NCBI GenBank assembly: GCA_951406725.2
Contig: OX597822.1
Span: 44,888,001 to 44,952,000 of the forward strand
Length of the DNA: 64,000 bases
Direction: 5' to 3'
DNA from: Octopus vulgaris
Taxonomy: Eukaryota
This document shows, in pieces, positions 1-14,662 of the stretch; positions within the stretch are counted from its first letter, which is position 1, and each line of letters opens with the position of its first letter. The notes below the pieces were generated by a model. It saw only the letters and a program-made list of their open reading frames with translations. It was not told where the DNA came from and did not search any database. A program made the position numbers and the translations under genes.

Positions 1-1124
1 TTGAATGTATAAAACTAGCATATCTCCTTCAGTAAAATCTGCTATTAGAGAAGCTATGTAATACGGTAACGGACATCTTATCTGGCTGTGAGAAAAATCC
101 GGGAGTTCTGCGCAATACACTCTCATATATTGAGTACGCAGACCTTATTTTTGAAGTTGGTTAGTTTTGCATACGATGTGTTCAATAAGTTTTCTTCCTT
201 ACTTCTTTATGTGCATTGATAAAGGTTAAACACAATCTAATTGAGAAGCGTATTAATTTGTACCTGAAGCTGTTAAATAAAATTGTGTTCCTTACATATT
301 TTCGATTAATTTTCATCTTAAAACGTTATATTTTTTACATGGTACAGGAAAATTTATTTTAAGAATTTCAAGTGCAATAATAGATATAGAATAGATCCTG
401 CTTTAGAGATGAATTTATTTATTTTAATCTGTTAAATACTATTTAGCTCTTTACATTTCGGAGTTCGTTATATATTTTTAATATATATTTAAGCTGTTTC
501 CAGAAAACCAAAAACATCGAGAAATATCGGCCACTTATGGCGTCAGGCTTGCTGCATATTTGCCCCGATACTGTTTAGAGTTCTGCAACAGTGTGTCACT
601 TTCTAACACATTGCGTTTAAGATTTTTACATCAACTATTCAATGAATTCAGAATTTGTAACGTTAAACTTCCCAATATATACAGCCGAAAAATGATTTAT
701 CAGGAACAGGAATGAATATCCATATACTAAAACGGAGTTAGTCACTAAATATCGTCATGAAAACAAATCTTATTTGCATAGATAATTAGTAAAATATAAC
801 GGTTGATTAAACAGATGTAAATATTAAAACCTGCAGGTAAATTTCTAGAATACAGAGTATTGTCTGGTATAAAATGTGCTAGAATTTTCGCAAGAAATTA
901 TATTATCATTTACCATTCATTCAAAAGACAGCAGTCCAATCAGAAAAGTGACTAGAAAATTAATCAATTTAGACTATAAACTAAGAAATGTAAGTAGATT
1001 AATAGTTATGCTTTATAACTATAAATAATTTGAAACTGTTAATTACAATTTAGCTCTTTACTTTTCATAATTTATCACTGCAAATAGATAAATCCAGAAA
1101 TAGATAAATAGATATATGTGTGTA

Positions 1125-1186
<62 letters not shown>

Positions 1187-1651
1187 TGTGTGCAAAAGCC
1201 TACGACGTCCAAACGAATGCAAAATGAAGCACATAAATGGAAACCAAACATCGGTTGAAGGTTTACCAATTATTTGTTCAGTATTTTGATGTTAATAAAC
1301 ACAAATTCTTCCAACCACGTGACCTCATGAAAGGGCTAAATTGTATTTAAAAAAATACAAGGCAGAACTTCAACAGTCGTTTGGCTTCAGTTTTTGTATT
1401 TCATTTTGCATTGTTTCGGCATTAACAAGGATTTATCTCATTAAATATCACATAATAATTCATTATATATGTAAATGTGTTTATACACATATACATATGT
1501 ATATATCTATATGTATGTATATATGTGTATGTCTCTCTCTTACACACTCTCTCTCTATATATATACATATATATATATATAGACATATATCTATATATAT
1601 AATATACATATATACCTGTATATATATGTGTGTATGTATGTGTGTATGTCT

Positions 1652-1975
1652 GTGGCTAGAGCGTCGAGTATACGATGGTGAGGTTGTGAGTTCGATTACA
1701 GGACCGGACTGCGTGTTGTGTTCTTGAGTAAGAAACTTAATTCCACGTTGCTCCAGTTCACTGAGCTGTAGAAATGAGTTGCGACTTCACAGGTGCCAAG
1801 CTGTACCGGCCTCTTTGCCTTTCCCTTGGATAATATCCGTGGTGTGGAGAGGGCAGACTTGTATGCAATAGCGACTGCTGGCCTTCCACAAACAACCTTG
1901 CCCGGACTTCTGCCTCAGAGGGTAAATTCCTAGGTGCAATCCCATGGTCATTCATGACCAAAGGAGGGGGTCTCC
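1652..1975 (+). mobile_element. tRNA-derived SINE, local family C
   Basis: Degenerate tRNA head (gagttcgatt B box) and a body colinear with the cleaner copy at 60400-60737 (gtgttgtgttcttgag...ttcactgagctgtagaaatgagttgcgac...gtgcaatcccatggtc). Confidence 0.85.
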
Positions 1976-1993
1976 ATATATACATATATAGAG

Positions 1994-2027
<34 letters not shown>

Positions 2028-2049
2028 TCATATACATATATATATTATA

Positions 2050-2082
<33 letters not shown>

Positions 2083-2169
2083 CTAGGACGAAACTCAGGG
2101 ACTTTCAGTTACTTTGTTAATTCTGCGAAATATTAATAAAAATACACAGACGCACACAAACACACACTC

Positions 2170-2203
<34 letters not shown>

Positions 2204-2260
2204 GTACATGCACCCACATTTACACTTGCACACATTCACACACACACAGACACAGACACA

Positions 2261-2329
<69 letters not shown>

Positions 2330-2332
<3 letters not shown>

Positions 2333-2499
2333 TGGTTGTGTGGGGGCGCAGGAGTGGCAAGAAGCTTGGTTCCCAACCACATGGTTCCGGGTTCAGTCCC
2401 ACTGCGTGGTACCTTGGGCAAGTGTCTGCTACTATAGCCTCGGGCTGACCATAACCTTGTGAGTGGATTTGGTAAACGGAAACTGAAAGAAGCCTCATT

Positions 2500-2548
<49 letters not shown>

Positions 2549-2800
2549 ATGTATTTGTGTGTCTTTTTTTTGCATCCCCGTAGTTCAGCGGTTCTGCAAC
2601 CAGAGAATAAGTCCTGGGGTCGATTTGAGCAAGACACTTTATTTCACGTTGCTCCAATTAACTTAGCTGCAGAAATGAGTTGCGACATCACTGTAGCCAA
2701 ACTGTGTCGGCCCCTTTGCCTTTGTTCGACTAAAGGTGGTGCTCCATCTTCGCCACAATAAAATGACAGAAACAAGTAAAAGAATTAAAGAATAAAAGAA
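2330..2800 (+). mobile_element. tRNA-derived SINE, local family A, with internal microsatellite and an embedded family C fragment (~2625-2722)
   Basis: Head ggcgcaggagtgg...gggttcagtcccactgcgtgg.accttgggcaagt, (TA)n middle and tail ggtgctcca...gaaacaagtaaaaga, all shared with several other copies in the window. Confidence 0.85.
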
Positions 2801-3224
2801 TATGAATCGTGGGTTAGAAGTGTGTTTCAGTTAGAAATTCACGTAGGAAGCGGAACCAGATCTCCGACTGGCCGATATTTACGTTCATAAATACACGCAA
2901 GTACATACTTGGACCGAAGTATATCTATACATATTCGTGTGTGTATGCATGTGTGTGTCTGTATTTGTTTGTCTGTGCGTGTGTGCGTGTATGTGTGTAT
3001 TTAAATCGCTATGAATAGAAACAAAGTCAATATAATACCGACTGATGTAAAACTCGTTTGTAATTGATTGAATAAATTATTCTGCATACATCGTGCACTA
3101 TTTTTGTCCGGGTTTTACATTACAATATGTGTACATACACACACATAATACGCACGACACATACACATACACATATATATATACATAAATGCATATACGC
3201 ACACATACACACTCACACACACAT

Positions 3225-3267
<43 letters not shown>

Positions 3268-3272
3268 CATAC

Positions 3273-3311
<39 letters not shown>

Positions 3312-3318
3312 TACTTAC

Positions 3319-3421
<103 letters not shown>

Positions 3422-3662
3422 TGGAAATTGAAACCTGACGAGTTGAAACAAATGGGTTCAGCGTCTCTGTCTCTGTATACTAGTTGTAACTTGTAAAGTT
3501 TCATATTCAATAATAAAATATATAACGTCTACTTATTTGCATTGAGTACTTTTTCTTATTTAATTTGTGAAAACAAAAAACTTTATCTACTATATCAAAA
3601 GACACTCACGCCGAATATATACACATTAATCGTGGGCGTGTACAAACACCCACACATACACA

Positions 3663-3725
<63 letters not shown>

Positions 3726-3980
3726 TGATATATATTGCTGAAGATTTAGAGATGAGAAAATGCTTTTTTTTTTTGTCGTGGTGGATGTTGATGCAAATAA
3801 ACCTATGACTAAAAAATGTGTAAATATTGAGCCTACATCTCAAGTAGAGAACCCACATCTTAAGTAAATCAGTGAGGTGCATTGACATTGAGCAGCCATT
3901 GACGTTTTCTCTCCAGACCGTTTCTAACCTATGTTTACACGGTATTATATACATGTATACGTAGACACATACATACATAC

Positions 3981-4079
<99 letters not shown>

Positions 4080-4087
4080 CATACATG

Positions 4088-5298
4088 TATATAGAACTGA
4101 GAATGCGTGTCTGTCTGTCTGTCTGTGTGTTTCCCTAAAACTTGAGAACTACACAACCAATTTTTAACTTTTTGCCTAGGGCGAGCCCACAGCAATATCA
4201 TATCTTCTCCACTACGATTCCCTAAAACTTGAGAACTACACAACCAATTTTATTCAAATTTTACACATGCCTTATTTAGGATCCATGTAGTTTCATGGGC
4301 AAAACAATGTTCAACTTCTTGCCTAGAGCGAGCCCATAGCAATATCATATCTTCTCCACTATTTCAGTATTACGTGTTAAAAGTGAAACAAAAACATTTC
4401 TCTATTTTATGTCAGATACTTTCACTTTAACAATAAAAATAATAATAACAATTGAATTATATGTAGTAAGTAATAATTAAAATCAAACTAAAGTATAATA
4501 TTATCGTAACATAACAAAAGTAAAAAATATAGCAATTGGTATAAAATTGCATCAATGACTTGAACTTGAATCAGTGGTTTCACATGAATGGGAATAAATA
4601 AAAAATAAAATCTAAGTGCCGATATGGAATAGTCCAGATGGAGGTGTGCACGGCTTTTACATTAGATTATTTGCTAATTAGCTAGCATTAAGCATTCTAC
4701 TGAGTACCGCCGTTAGTTTATTTCTGATCCATAAAGGCCTATAGCTTCAACAGAGTACTGCGTTTTTGGTTTACCGTAAGGTTTGTTATTATTATTATTT
4801 CTGTTTAACTATTGTTATTACGTTTGTTGGTTCCTCGTAAGGGAAGCGTTGTTGTGTTGCATTTGTTAAATAATTGTAAACCGTAACCCTCCCCTTTTGG
4901 GAGAAGGAGCTTTGGTTATTGTTTAAACATTGAATTGTGTCCCTGTTTGGGGAAATTGACAATATTTTCACCGTTTACACGGAAGTATTTTCGTTAAAAT
5001 GTCTTCGATGGAAGAAAGACCAAAAATGAATTTCGCTGCAGCCGTCGGATTGTAGCCACACTTCTATACAAGAGGGAAGACAAGATACAATTGATCGAAA
5101 TTACAAGAGACGGGCTAACAATTCCAGTCTGTTATATATTTTGAGTATTGTTATCACTAGCGATATCAAGATATAACTTTGAATTTCGTATTTTATGTGT
5201 AGATGTATATATATAGATGTACATGTAATATGTACACATATATATACACATATATACATGCACTAGCACTATGACCCGGCAACGACGGGTCTTTAATG

Positions 5299-5301
<3 letters not shown>
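4088..5301 (+). mobile_element. Non-autonomous Helitron-like element
   Basis: Starts in a TATA tract followed by (GTCT)n. Ends with the GC hairpin gacccggcaacgacgggtc (5274-5292) and a degenerate CTAG about 10 nt later. Same architecture as 37369-37764. Internal A-B-A-x-B duplication at 4131-4345. Confidence 0.65.
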
Positions 5302-5355
<54 letters not shown>

Positions 5356-5494
5356 AATAGTAATGGTATGACAACAAAAGAATGAATGAGACCTCTATAT
5401 TATGCAAATAGAGAAATTAATCTGTAATATTTATGACAATTATTCGGTTGCTGTAATGGCATAATTGTCACATATTACATTATATGTATATGTA

Positions 5495-5525
<31 letters not shown>

Positions 5526-5609
5526 TTAATTGTTAAAGAGGACTACAAACATTAATGCAAGGCAAACATCTCATGTTGTATACAATATTATTATTGGAAA
5601 AAAATCAAA

Positions 5610-5665
5610 GCCTTACAGCTGTTTCTGGGATATCCCCGTGTAAGGGATATTCCGTCATCAGAGAC
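5610..5665 (-). ncRNA. Minimal type I hammerhead ribozyme motif (PLE pLTR type)
   Basis: Minus strand reads GUCU-CUGAUGA-C-ggaauaucccu-uacac-ggggauauccc-A-GAAA-CAGCUG-UA-AGGC: stem I, core, long stem II, palindromic stem III and a GUA site. Confidence 0.75.
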
Positions 5666-6282
5666 AAATAGGGAAAACATGGGGAAAATGAGAATGGTAT
5701 GTATTAATGTGATGACGAAGTAGAGGAACGGAGGAATCCGTTACAGTAATGCGTTATAGCACTTACCTAGCGTACCTAATCGTTTAGATCACCTGTGAAC
5801 TAAACTCAATACTTTGTATATTTATGTATACATATACACTTTTGGAATATAAGAGTAAAAATTATTAAATGATTATTTACCTGTAGCTAGCATGCTGCCT
5901 AATAAGAGTCAGAATTTTTATTCACTCTTGTTCGCGTACAAATCAACGTGCTTTAATGTAAGGATTTTCTTTCGTGGGTTGAGGCCTTGACTGAAATTTT
6001 TAGCGTGTAAGAAATTCACATAGTGCTTTTCCTTTCGTGTATGTTTCATACACTATTATAATATACATATATGCGTGCGTGTGTATGTGTGTGTGAAACA
6101 GATATGTACACACACACACACACACATATATATTCGTACGAAGAATGCATACATAAATATTTCCAGCAAAATACATCGTGACGACGAGAGATTGTGTGTT
6201 CTACTCTTCCAAGTCCTATATTTCCACATAAACATTTCTTATGTTTATGTGGATATATATTGCTGAAGACTTAGGAGTACTT

Positions 6283-6405
6283 ACCACAGTGTTCTGGGTT
6301 CAGTCCCACTGCATGGCACCTTGGGCAAGTGTATTCTACTATAACCTCGCGCCGACCAAAGTTTTGTGATTGGATTTGGTAGACGGAAACTGAATGAAGA
6401 CAGTC

Positions 6406-6448
<43 letters not shown>

Positions 6449-6690
6449 TGTGTGTGTGTGTATGTGTATGTATGTATTTGTTTGTCTTTGATTGTCCCCC
6501 ACCATCTCTTGACAACTAATTTTGATGTGTTTACGTCCCCATAACTTAGCGGTTCGGCAAAAGAGACCCATAGAATAAGTACTAAGTTTGCAAAGAATAA
6601 GTCCTGCGATCGATTTGTTCGACTAAAGGCGGTGCTCCAGCATGGCAGCAGTCGAATGACTGAAACAAATAAAGGAATAAAAGAATAAAG
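6283..6690 (+). mobile_element. SINE family A
   Basis: Colinear with the 49179-49567 and 59401-59792 copies, including the central (TA)n(TG)n. Confidence 0.85.
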
Positions 6691-7151
6691 CGAATGTGAT
6701 TTAATCTAAACGTGAGTGTTGCGCGTGCTTATTTTTAAGGTGACAAAATAGGTATAATCATCGTGGAAATAATTCAAAGACGTATTCGTTTGTGATTAAA
6801 CGAAATAGACACAATAATAGAGAAAAAACGTGATTGCAGTTTACTGAAGGAGAAATTTTGAATGAAAAAAATGATACGAACTGGGGGAAAAGCATGAAAA
6901 CGATGGGTAAATAGAGTAGAGATGGACAATGTGTGATGTGATGTAAATTTAATAATTTTTGTAGTTCTATTACAAGGTGTCTGCATTTTTTGAACTACTC
7001 TGATTTGATGCTTAAACAAACATCTGGCTTTGCAGCCTTCTAAAAATGTTGTTGTTCCTTGTAGAGCGCAAGTTACAATATTGCTTCCATTTTTGTGAGG
7101 TATATATTTTCAATCATTTAATGTACTAGTTGGAAGCTTTTTGTCCTTTTT

Positions 7152-7192
<41 letters not shown>

Positions 7193-7423
7193 TTAGCATT
7201 GTGCATTACTACCTTTCATATGGTCATATGACATTAAGACGCAAAATGAAACTGGATTGCCTTTCACACATACATACACACTTGCACATATATATATATA
7301 TATATAGAGAGAGAGGCAGACAGACAGATTCGTACATATATTTATCTATCAATCTATCTATGTGTATATATATGTATATATACACACATATATATATATA
7401 TATATATATACATATATACATAG

Positions 7424-7479
<56 letters not shown>

Positions 7480-7518
7480 TTACATTTATACATACGTACA
7501 TACATACATATAACTAGC

Positions 7519-7822
7519 ACTCCGTTGGTTACGACGAGTGTTTTGTTGAATCGATCAACGGAACAGTTTGCTCGTAGGATTAACATGAAAGCGGCTGAGC
7601 ACTCCGCAGGCACATATAAACTTAACGTAGATCTCAGGGAGATTAAGCGTGAGACGAAGCTGGCTATTTGAAAGACAAGTATAACTCATTCTTGCGAGAT
7701 GAGTGGACTGGAAGAACGTGAAAAAATTCTCTTGTCCAAGAATAGAATTCGCTGACGGTAATTGAACTCATGTCCTAATGATCATGATCCGAATAACCTA
7801 ACCATTAAGTTATGCGGCTTCA
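7519..7822 (-). mobile_element. SINE family D (tRNA-like head on minus strand)
   Basis: Shares ggttacgacga...cgatcaacggaa...ggctgagcactcc...cttaacgtag with 62582-62947. Confidence 0.75.
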
Positions 7823-7823
7823 C

Positions 7824-7854
<31 letters not shown>

Positions 7855-7921
7855 TTGTTTTTATGTGTGTATGTATGTATGTATGTATGTATGTATGTAT
7901 GTATGTATGTATGTATGTATG

Positions 7922-7954
<33 letters not shown>

Positions 7955-8233
7955 GTACCGAGGTAGAAGCATACTTACTGTTAGCGGGTGGGTGGATAAT
8001 TATACTTTTCATATCCATGCTCGTATTGAACTAGATCATATAATGCGTCTCTTACACTTTTCCTCATAGATATATTTGGAAGGATGCGCAGACTGGAGAT
8101 TACGATGAGTTTTACATACATTATCCAATACTTGAAAAACATCATCTGAGATATTCTAGGGAGGACGGAATGAATTGCATCCCACATCACAATATTGGTC
8201 ACTCAAAGTTGTTCAAAGGGTATAGAAGCTTTA

Positions 8234-8328
<95 letters not shown>

Positions 8329-8554
8329 CATAATTCATGTTTCCGAACACGTGAATGGGTGCAGAACAATACGAGTGCTATATTTTTTATATATATTAAC
8401 GAAAATGAATTAAACATGGTAAATACACACATAGAAACACATAGATAAGTTCACGAATACAAGCACACTCACACACACACACTTATATATTTTTTCTGTA
8501 GTTTCAGCTCAGAGCTGCGACCAAGCTGATGCACTGCATTTTGGTACACTCTTA

Positions 8555-8934
8555 TTACCGAGAGCCTCCTCCATCATGTGGCACTTGGTGAAGAATGGAG
8601 CTTGATGTAGCTACCATCATTTGCACCTCTTGCCCTGAGGTAGGTTCATCTGGGACTTTCGACAGGAAGAGGTGGCCCAATGTTGATTCAAAAACGCCTA
8701 CATCTACTTTGTGCAGGTTCCTCAGGCTCTTTGGGAGAATATTAAATAGCTGTGGGCCCCTGAAACCCAGGGTGTTGCAGTAACTGGTTCTGATGCGCGA
8801 TGGCGTTGCTGGGATCTTTGGCAGTGTCGACCCGTTCTGGCATTGGTGTAGCTTACAAAGCCGAAATTTGACACAGTACCTTCCAGGACCTTCCAGATGT
8901 ATATTACTGCGTACCTCTCCCACCTTCGCTCCAA
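8555..8934 (-). mobile_element. 3' fragment of a CR1/L2-group LINE ORF2 (frameshifted)
   Basis: [18 protein letters not shown]...RTGRHC and GPQLFNILPKSLRN...FLSKVPDEP resemble CR1-group ORF2 C-termini. Confidence 0.7.
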
Positions 8935-8958
8935 CCTTTCCGAGTAGCTGAGCAGTTA

Positions 8959-8991
<33 letters not shown>

Positions 8992-9050
8992 GTGTGTATA
9001 GACATATACATATTTATATATATTTGGCGTAAATACACACACACACACAC

Positions 9051-9100
<50 letters not shown>

Positions 9101-9305
9101 ATGTGTGTGTGTGTGTGTTAATATATATATTTAGTAAGAGGAGGGATGTGATATCCAGGCAGATACCGAATCTCTTTGAATAGAATGCAAAGACTGGGTC
9201 CTTCTCACGGTGAGGTTTTGGGTAATTTCCCTTTAGCTCTCATCCGATGTTCTAGTTCATTTCAAGGCTACTTAGAGTGTAAAAAACAATATTATGTTCT
9301 ATTTG

Positions 9306-9352
<47 letters not shown>

Positions 9353-9895
9353 ATACAGAATAATTTTTTAAAATTTTATCAGTGGCCGTCATAAAAAATA
9401 GATATAATTATAATTAAGGGCATAGAAAAAATGTCTTGCCTATATGCTGAAAGTAGACGCTAAGTCGTCTCACCTCTTTTAAAAACATCACAAAAGTACA
9501 CACGATTTCAACACGTATCGAAGTCTCTGATTTTTAAAGTTGTTAGACGATTTAGCATCTACTTTCATATATAGGCTAGAAATGTTTTCTATGGCCTTAT
9601 TTACAATCCTATAATATACGTACAGGGCCTTCCAAAACATGTATGTACACTTTAGGAAATAGAAAATCTGAATAAATATCAAACTTGTATCTGTACCTCT
9701 ATAAAGATACATACCTCGCTCGATGCTTTATCAAACTACGATGACACTGAATAAATTGCAATAACGTTGAACTAAGATATATACATATACATTTTTCCTT
9801 TCCTGAAGCTTGTTTACATTCCTCTGGCGGATGTGAATATACATATAGATACAGACATATATACATACATACATACATACATACATACATACAAG

Positions 9896-9965
<70 letters not shown>

Positions 9966-10144
9966 TATACACATATATATATATATTTATAATTATACAT
10001 GTATATATATACATGCGTATACATAAATACATATATACAGATATACATTTACACATGCATACATTGATATATTTGTAATTATATATATATATGTATTTAT
10101 AATTATATATATATATATGTTTTTATGTATGCACATGTAAATAC

Positions 10145-10201
<57 letters not shown>

Positions 10202-10393
10202 CATACATACATATGTATTCATATATAAAGATTTACATTTACGCATATACATATATACATACATATATATGTATATTTATGTATGAATGAATGTATGATT
10301 GTTTCTAAATGTAGAAACGTTTCACGATTCCTATTTATTATTACATCTTTGTTCATAAATGTCAGGTATACGTACGATCAAACAAGCAATGCA

Positions 10394-10395
<2 letters not shown>

Positions 10396-10434
<39 letters not shown>

Positions 10435-10636
10435 TAATCCGCCCTGGCTCCTCCTTAAATGAAACCGGTTAATTTCAGCTTTTGAGTGGTGGGCTCCATA
10501 TATATTGTCAACCCCTTTCTAGGGTGTTTGTCAAGATGACCAGAATGGATTTGAGCATTTGGAAGTAGTCATGTGCTACCAACATAAGTATACGAAACTT
10601 GTGTCAAGTCGTATAAAAATGATAGTGATGATGATC

Positions 10637-10727
<91 letters not shown>

Positions 10728-10728
10728 C

Positions 10729-10764
<36 letters not shown>

Positions 10765-10989
10765 AATAATAATGATAATAATAATAATAATAATGATAAT
10801 AATAGTGATGATGATGATGATGACGACGACGACGACAATGGTGATGCTGATGATGAAGATGAAGGTGATAATGTGGAAGGTGATGATGACGCTGATGAAA
10901 ATGTTGATGATGTTAATGATGATTAGGAAGAGAAGGAGGAAGGAGGAGAAGAAGGAGGCAGGGGAGGGGAGTCAGAGGATAATAATAAC

Positions 10990-11024
<35 letters not shown>

Positions 11025-11025
11025 A

Positions 11026-11090
<65 letters not shown>
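10396..11090 (+). repeat. Compound (TAA)n/(TGA)n trinucleotide microsatellite
   Basis: Directly visible. It produces the poly-I/poly-M pseudo-ORF. Confidence 0.95.
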
Positions 11091-11092
<2 letters not shown>

Positions 11093-11646
11093 GCCCTGAT
11101 GTTGTACCAGGCAGTGGCTCTCATGGCTTCTGATCTTAACTGATTAGAAGTGTTATCATGTACATTGTTTTGTCTTGGTATAAAAGATGGGCTACAGCAA
11201 ATATTCTGCTCAATACCACAGATTTGCTTGTCAGTTGTTTGACTTTAACCAGTTGAGCATGTCCCTTAGTGGCTGACGATATGTGCATCTCTGATCACGA
11301 GCAGAAGTAGTGGGGGAGCATCATAGCCATGTGTTTAGAGGGATTCTTTGGGGTTTGAATAATTCACCTCTGGAAACATTGGTGGTTCTTTCAACATCCT
11401 TAAACAACCCTTATTGAGGGACCTTTTGAGCGGGATGGGCTACTCAACCTGAAGAAATTTCTAACTGGGCCCCCACCTGCAAGTTCATGTGCTGTTTATC
11501 TTGATATGAGATCACCATGTACGCACATATGGTTGTGATGCATGTGCCTGGTGTACCCTTATCAGACGGGTAGTCATGATGGGTATATTGGGCTTCGTAT
11601 ATTTTACCCCAGTGTCACTTTGATGGCATGAACTGCTCTCTCACTC

Positions 11647-11648
<2 letters not shown>
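11090..11648 (+). mobile_element. ~560 bp non-coding (TAA)n-associated retroposon, copy 1
   Basis: Flanked by (TAA)n on both sides. Close copies at 28681-29122 and 47808-48358 and a partial copy at 35546-35752. No ORF. Confidence 0.85.
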
Positions 11649-11677
<29 letters not shown>

Positions 11678-12214
11678 TTAATAATAAATATTTCAAAGTC
11701 ACTTGATGGTCGTTGAATAGTTTTGCTGTCTACAGTTATACTCACTCATATTCAAATTCCATAACAAGCCACATCCCAAACCAGTCTTACACCCTGGTTT
11801 CATGTTAATCTATTACACTTGCACTGCAATAAATTATCCTGAATCTTTGTCAGAAATAAGTATTCTGACACTATTTATGAGAATAGAAAAAGGGTGCATA
11901 AAAGAATAACAATAAAAAGAAAATAAGATGTCATCTGCGAAGATAATCAAATGAGATGGAATAACCAATTATTAACTAATTAATTATTAATTACTAAAAT
12001 TGCTGTCTATTAAATATGGAGTGGTTTCTAAGGAGGAATGCAGCGATTAAGCAGACATGTTTTCTCTCAATGTTACGAAAAATAACCCAGCCTGGGGTAG
12101 CTATGTATGCGCTGGTTGGTGAGCACATATAATCCGACAAAGGTTGATACCTGCTAAGACGAGCAATAAAGTAATTAATTACACTTTTAATCTTAAGTAT
12201 ATTTTGATACATAC

Positions 12215-12251
<37 letters not shown>

Positions 12252-12297
12252 CATACATATATATACACGCATATATGTATATATATTCATATATACA

Positions 12298-12367
<70 letters not shown>

Positions 12368-12369
12368 CA

Positions 12370-12658
12370 TACATTTAAACACATAAGAGGTGAACATCAT
12401 AGGAGACCTAGCACGCTAGCACACATTTATGTTAATCTTGGCGTCCCTGCTGATGAGATCGCTGCCTAGCAAATTACTTTATTTGGTAACTTAGAGTTCG
12501 AAACCATGGTCCAAAGATAGATGGTAAATGTTTTTATTTTTCATTCCCTTCGAAATTTATCCCTAATAGTGGTTTGGAATTTGGCTACTCCTTCTCGCGT
12601 GCTAGGTGTCCCATTATGTGTTTAAATGTACACCTCTTATGTGTTTAAATGTACACTG
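12370..12658 (+). mobile_element. Fold-back element with terminal inverted repeats and an internal hammerhead motif (probable PLE pLTR remnant)
   Basis: tacatttaaacacataagaggtg and acctagcacgc at the left end are inverted at the right end. Flanked by (TA)n. Confidence 0.65.
12446..12516 (+). ncRNA. Hammerhead ribozyme motif
   Basis: CUGAUGA (12450-12456), long stem II, GAAA (12500-12503), palindromic CCAUGG, then UC. Stem I is weak (UG/CA). Confidence 0.6.
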
Positions 12659-12710
<52 letters not shown>

Positions 12711-13125
12711 TGTATGTATGTATGTATGTATGTATGTATGTATGTATGTATGTATGTATGTGTATATATATTTATGGGAGTAAATGTAAGAAGTTTGTTA
12801 GGCAAATCGATATACAGAAATATTAAATATATTAAATACAAAAAAGTTATCTAAAAAAAGTCCGGTATCAGGAATTTAAGGAGTTGAGTAAGAGTTTTAC
12901 GAGTCCAAAATTTATCATTTATTTTCTATGTAAGTCGGTGTTTTTCATACGCATGCGTATGTATAGTTTTTGTATTCAATACATTTAATTTTTTTTTCTA
13001 TATCGACTTGCCTCACTTGTTTATCCTTACATTTATGCTTCTACCTGCTCAAATCTTTTGAGCACTACGAAGAATATTCTACACAGGGAAAACCTATTTC
13101 TAATCTATAAACCATATACATATAT

Positions 13126-13178
<53 letters not shown>

Positions 13179-13320
13179 TGTATGTATACATGTGGGTATG
13201 TACATATCTTTATAATGTGTATTGTAGGATGCAATATGGTGTAATTGCATTCCGTGTACAACTTATTATTTCAATAAAAATTGAATTGAATGGAACATGT
13301 ATAGCCAAATGATGTATTGA

Positions 13321-13375
<55 letters not shown>

Positions 13376-13397
13376 CTTATTATTATTATTATTATTA

Positions 13398-13443
<46 letters not shown>

Positions 13444-13805
13444 CATTATTATTATCCTCATCCTCATTATTATTATTATTGTTGTTGTTGTTATTATTAT
13501 TATCATTATTATTATGAATAATATTAATAACAATATTATTACTATCATTATTTAATGGGGCGACAGATGGAAAAAATGGGTCTCGTGACGAGTTCTTTTA
13601 TTTCTGTTGATATTTTAGTCAATATTCTTTATACATTCTGAGTTCATACCATTTCTGATCTCGGCTTTGACTTTCATCCTCCTGGGTCCGATAACTAAAA
13701 AACATTAAACAATATGAAAGCGAAGTTTATGATAAAGTCTATTAAATTGACTATACTCACTAACATACATACACACACGTTTCTGGCATTCTGCCTGACT
13801 TAGGA

Positions 13806-13865
<60 letters not shown>

Positions 13866-14003
13866 TGAAAGATGTTATTGTTGTTATTACCATTGCATCC
13901 TTTGTAGACATAGAAACGATTGCCATAACACTCTTTGTTATCAATATTTTCATTATAATATTGTAGTATTAGTGTTATTATAGTTACCATTATTTTCAAA
14001 CCG

Positions 14004-14069
<66 letters not shown>

Positions 14070-14130
14070 AATTGTAATAATAATGATTATAATAATATTA
14101 TCAACATTTTTATTATTGTAATGATCATCA

Positions 14131-14167
<37 letters not shown>

Positions 14168-14614
14168 CATTATGAAATTTCAAATTCTTTTTATTATTAT
14201 TGTTGTTGTTATAATTTCAATTCTTTCAGATATGTTAACTACAAGATTGCTGGAATACATTTTTTTTCAAATCTAAAAACGTAAATGTACAGAGGTTTCT
14301 CGCTGTTTTAACGGATATATGAAGACATAAAGAAATAAAGAAATACTTATACACACAGAACGTTATAAATGTTTTATATTAATTTTCTTCTAAATATGAA
14401 TATATCTATGTCAACCACTCAATGAATTATACACATATTACATATTTATATATATATGTGTAAATATATTGTAGTGCGTATGTATATGTATGCGTTTGTG
14501 TGTATGCATGTGTACAGATAGATAGATATTTATATATGTTAGACAAAACAGATAACAAAGCCAAGGCTGTGAGGAGTTTATCAGAGCATTAATAAGGAAA
14601 TATATATAGATATA

Positions 14615-14662
14615 GTCTTACAGCTGTTTCTGAGATATTATGGATATCCCTTCATCAGAGAC
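14615..14662 (-). ncRNA. Minimal type I hammerhead ribozyme motif
   Basis: GUCU-CUGAUGA-A-GGGAUAU-ccaua-AUAUCUC-A-GAAA-CAGCUG-UA-AGAC. Confidence 0.8.

Noticed and set aside
11270-11310. CTGACGA/CTGATGA inside the 560 bp element as a hammerhead
   Set aside because: It is followed by GAGC/GATC rather than GAAA, with no stem III or UH site.
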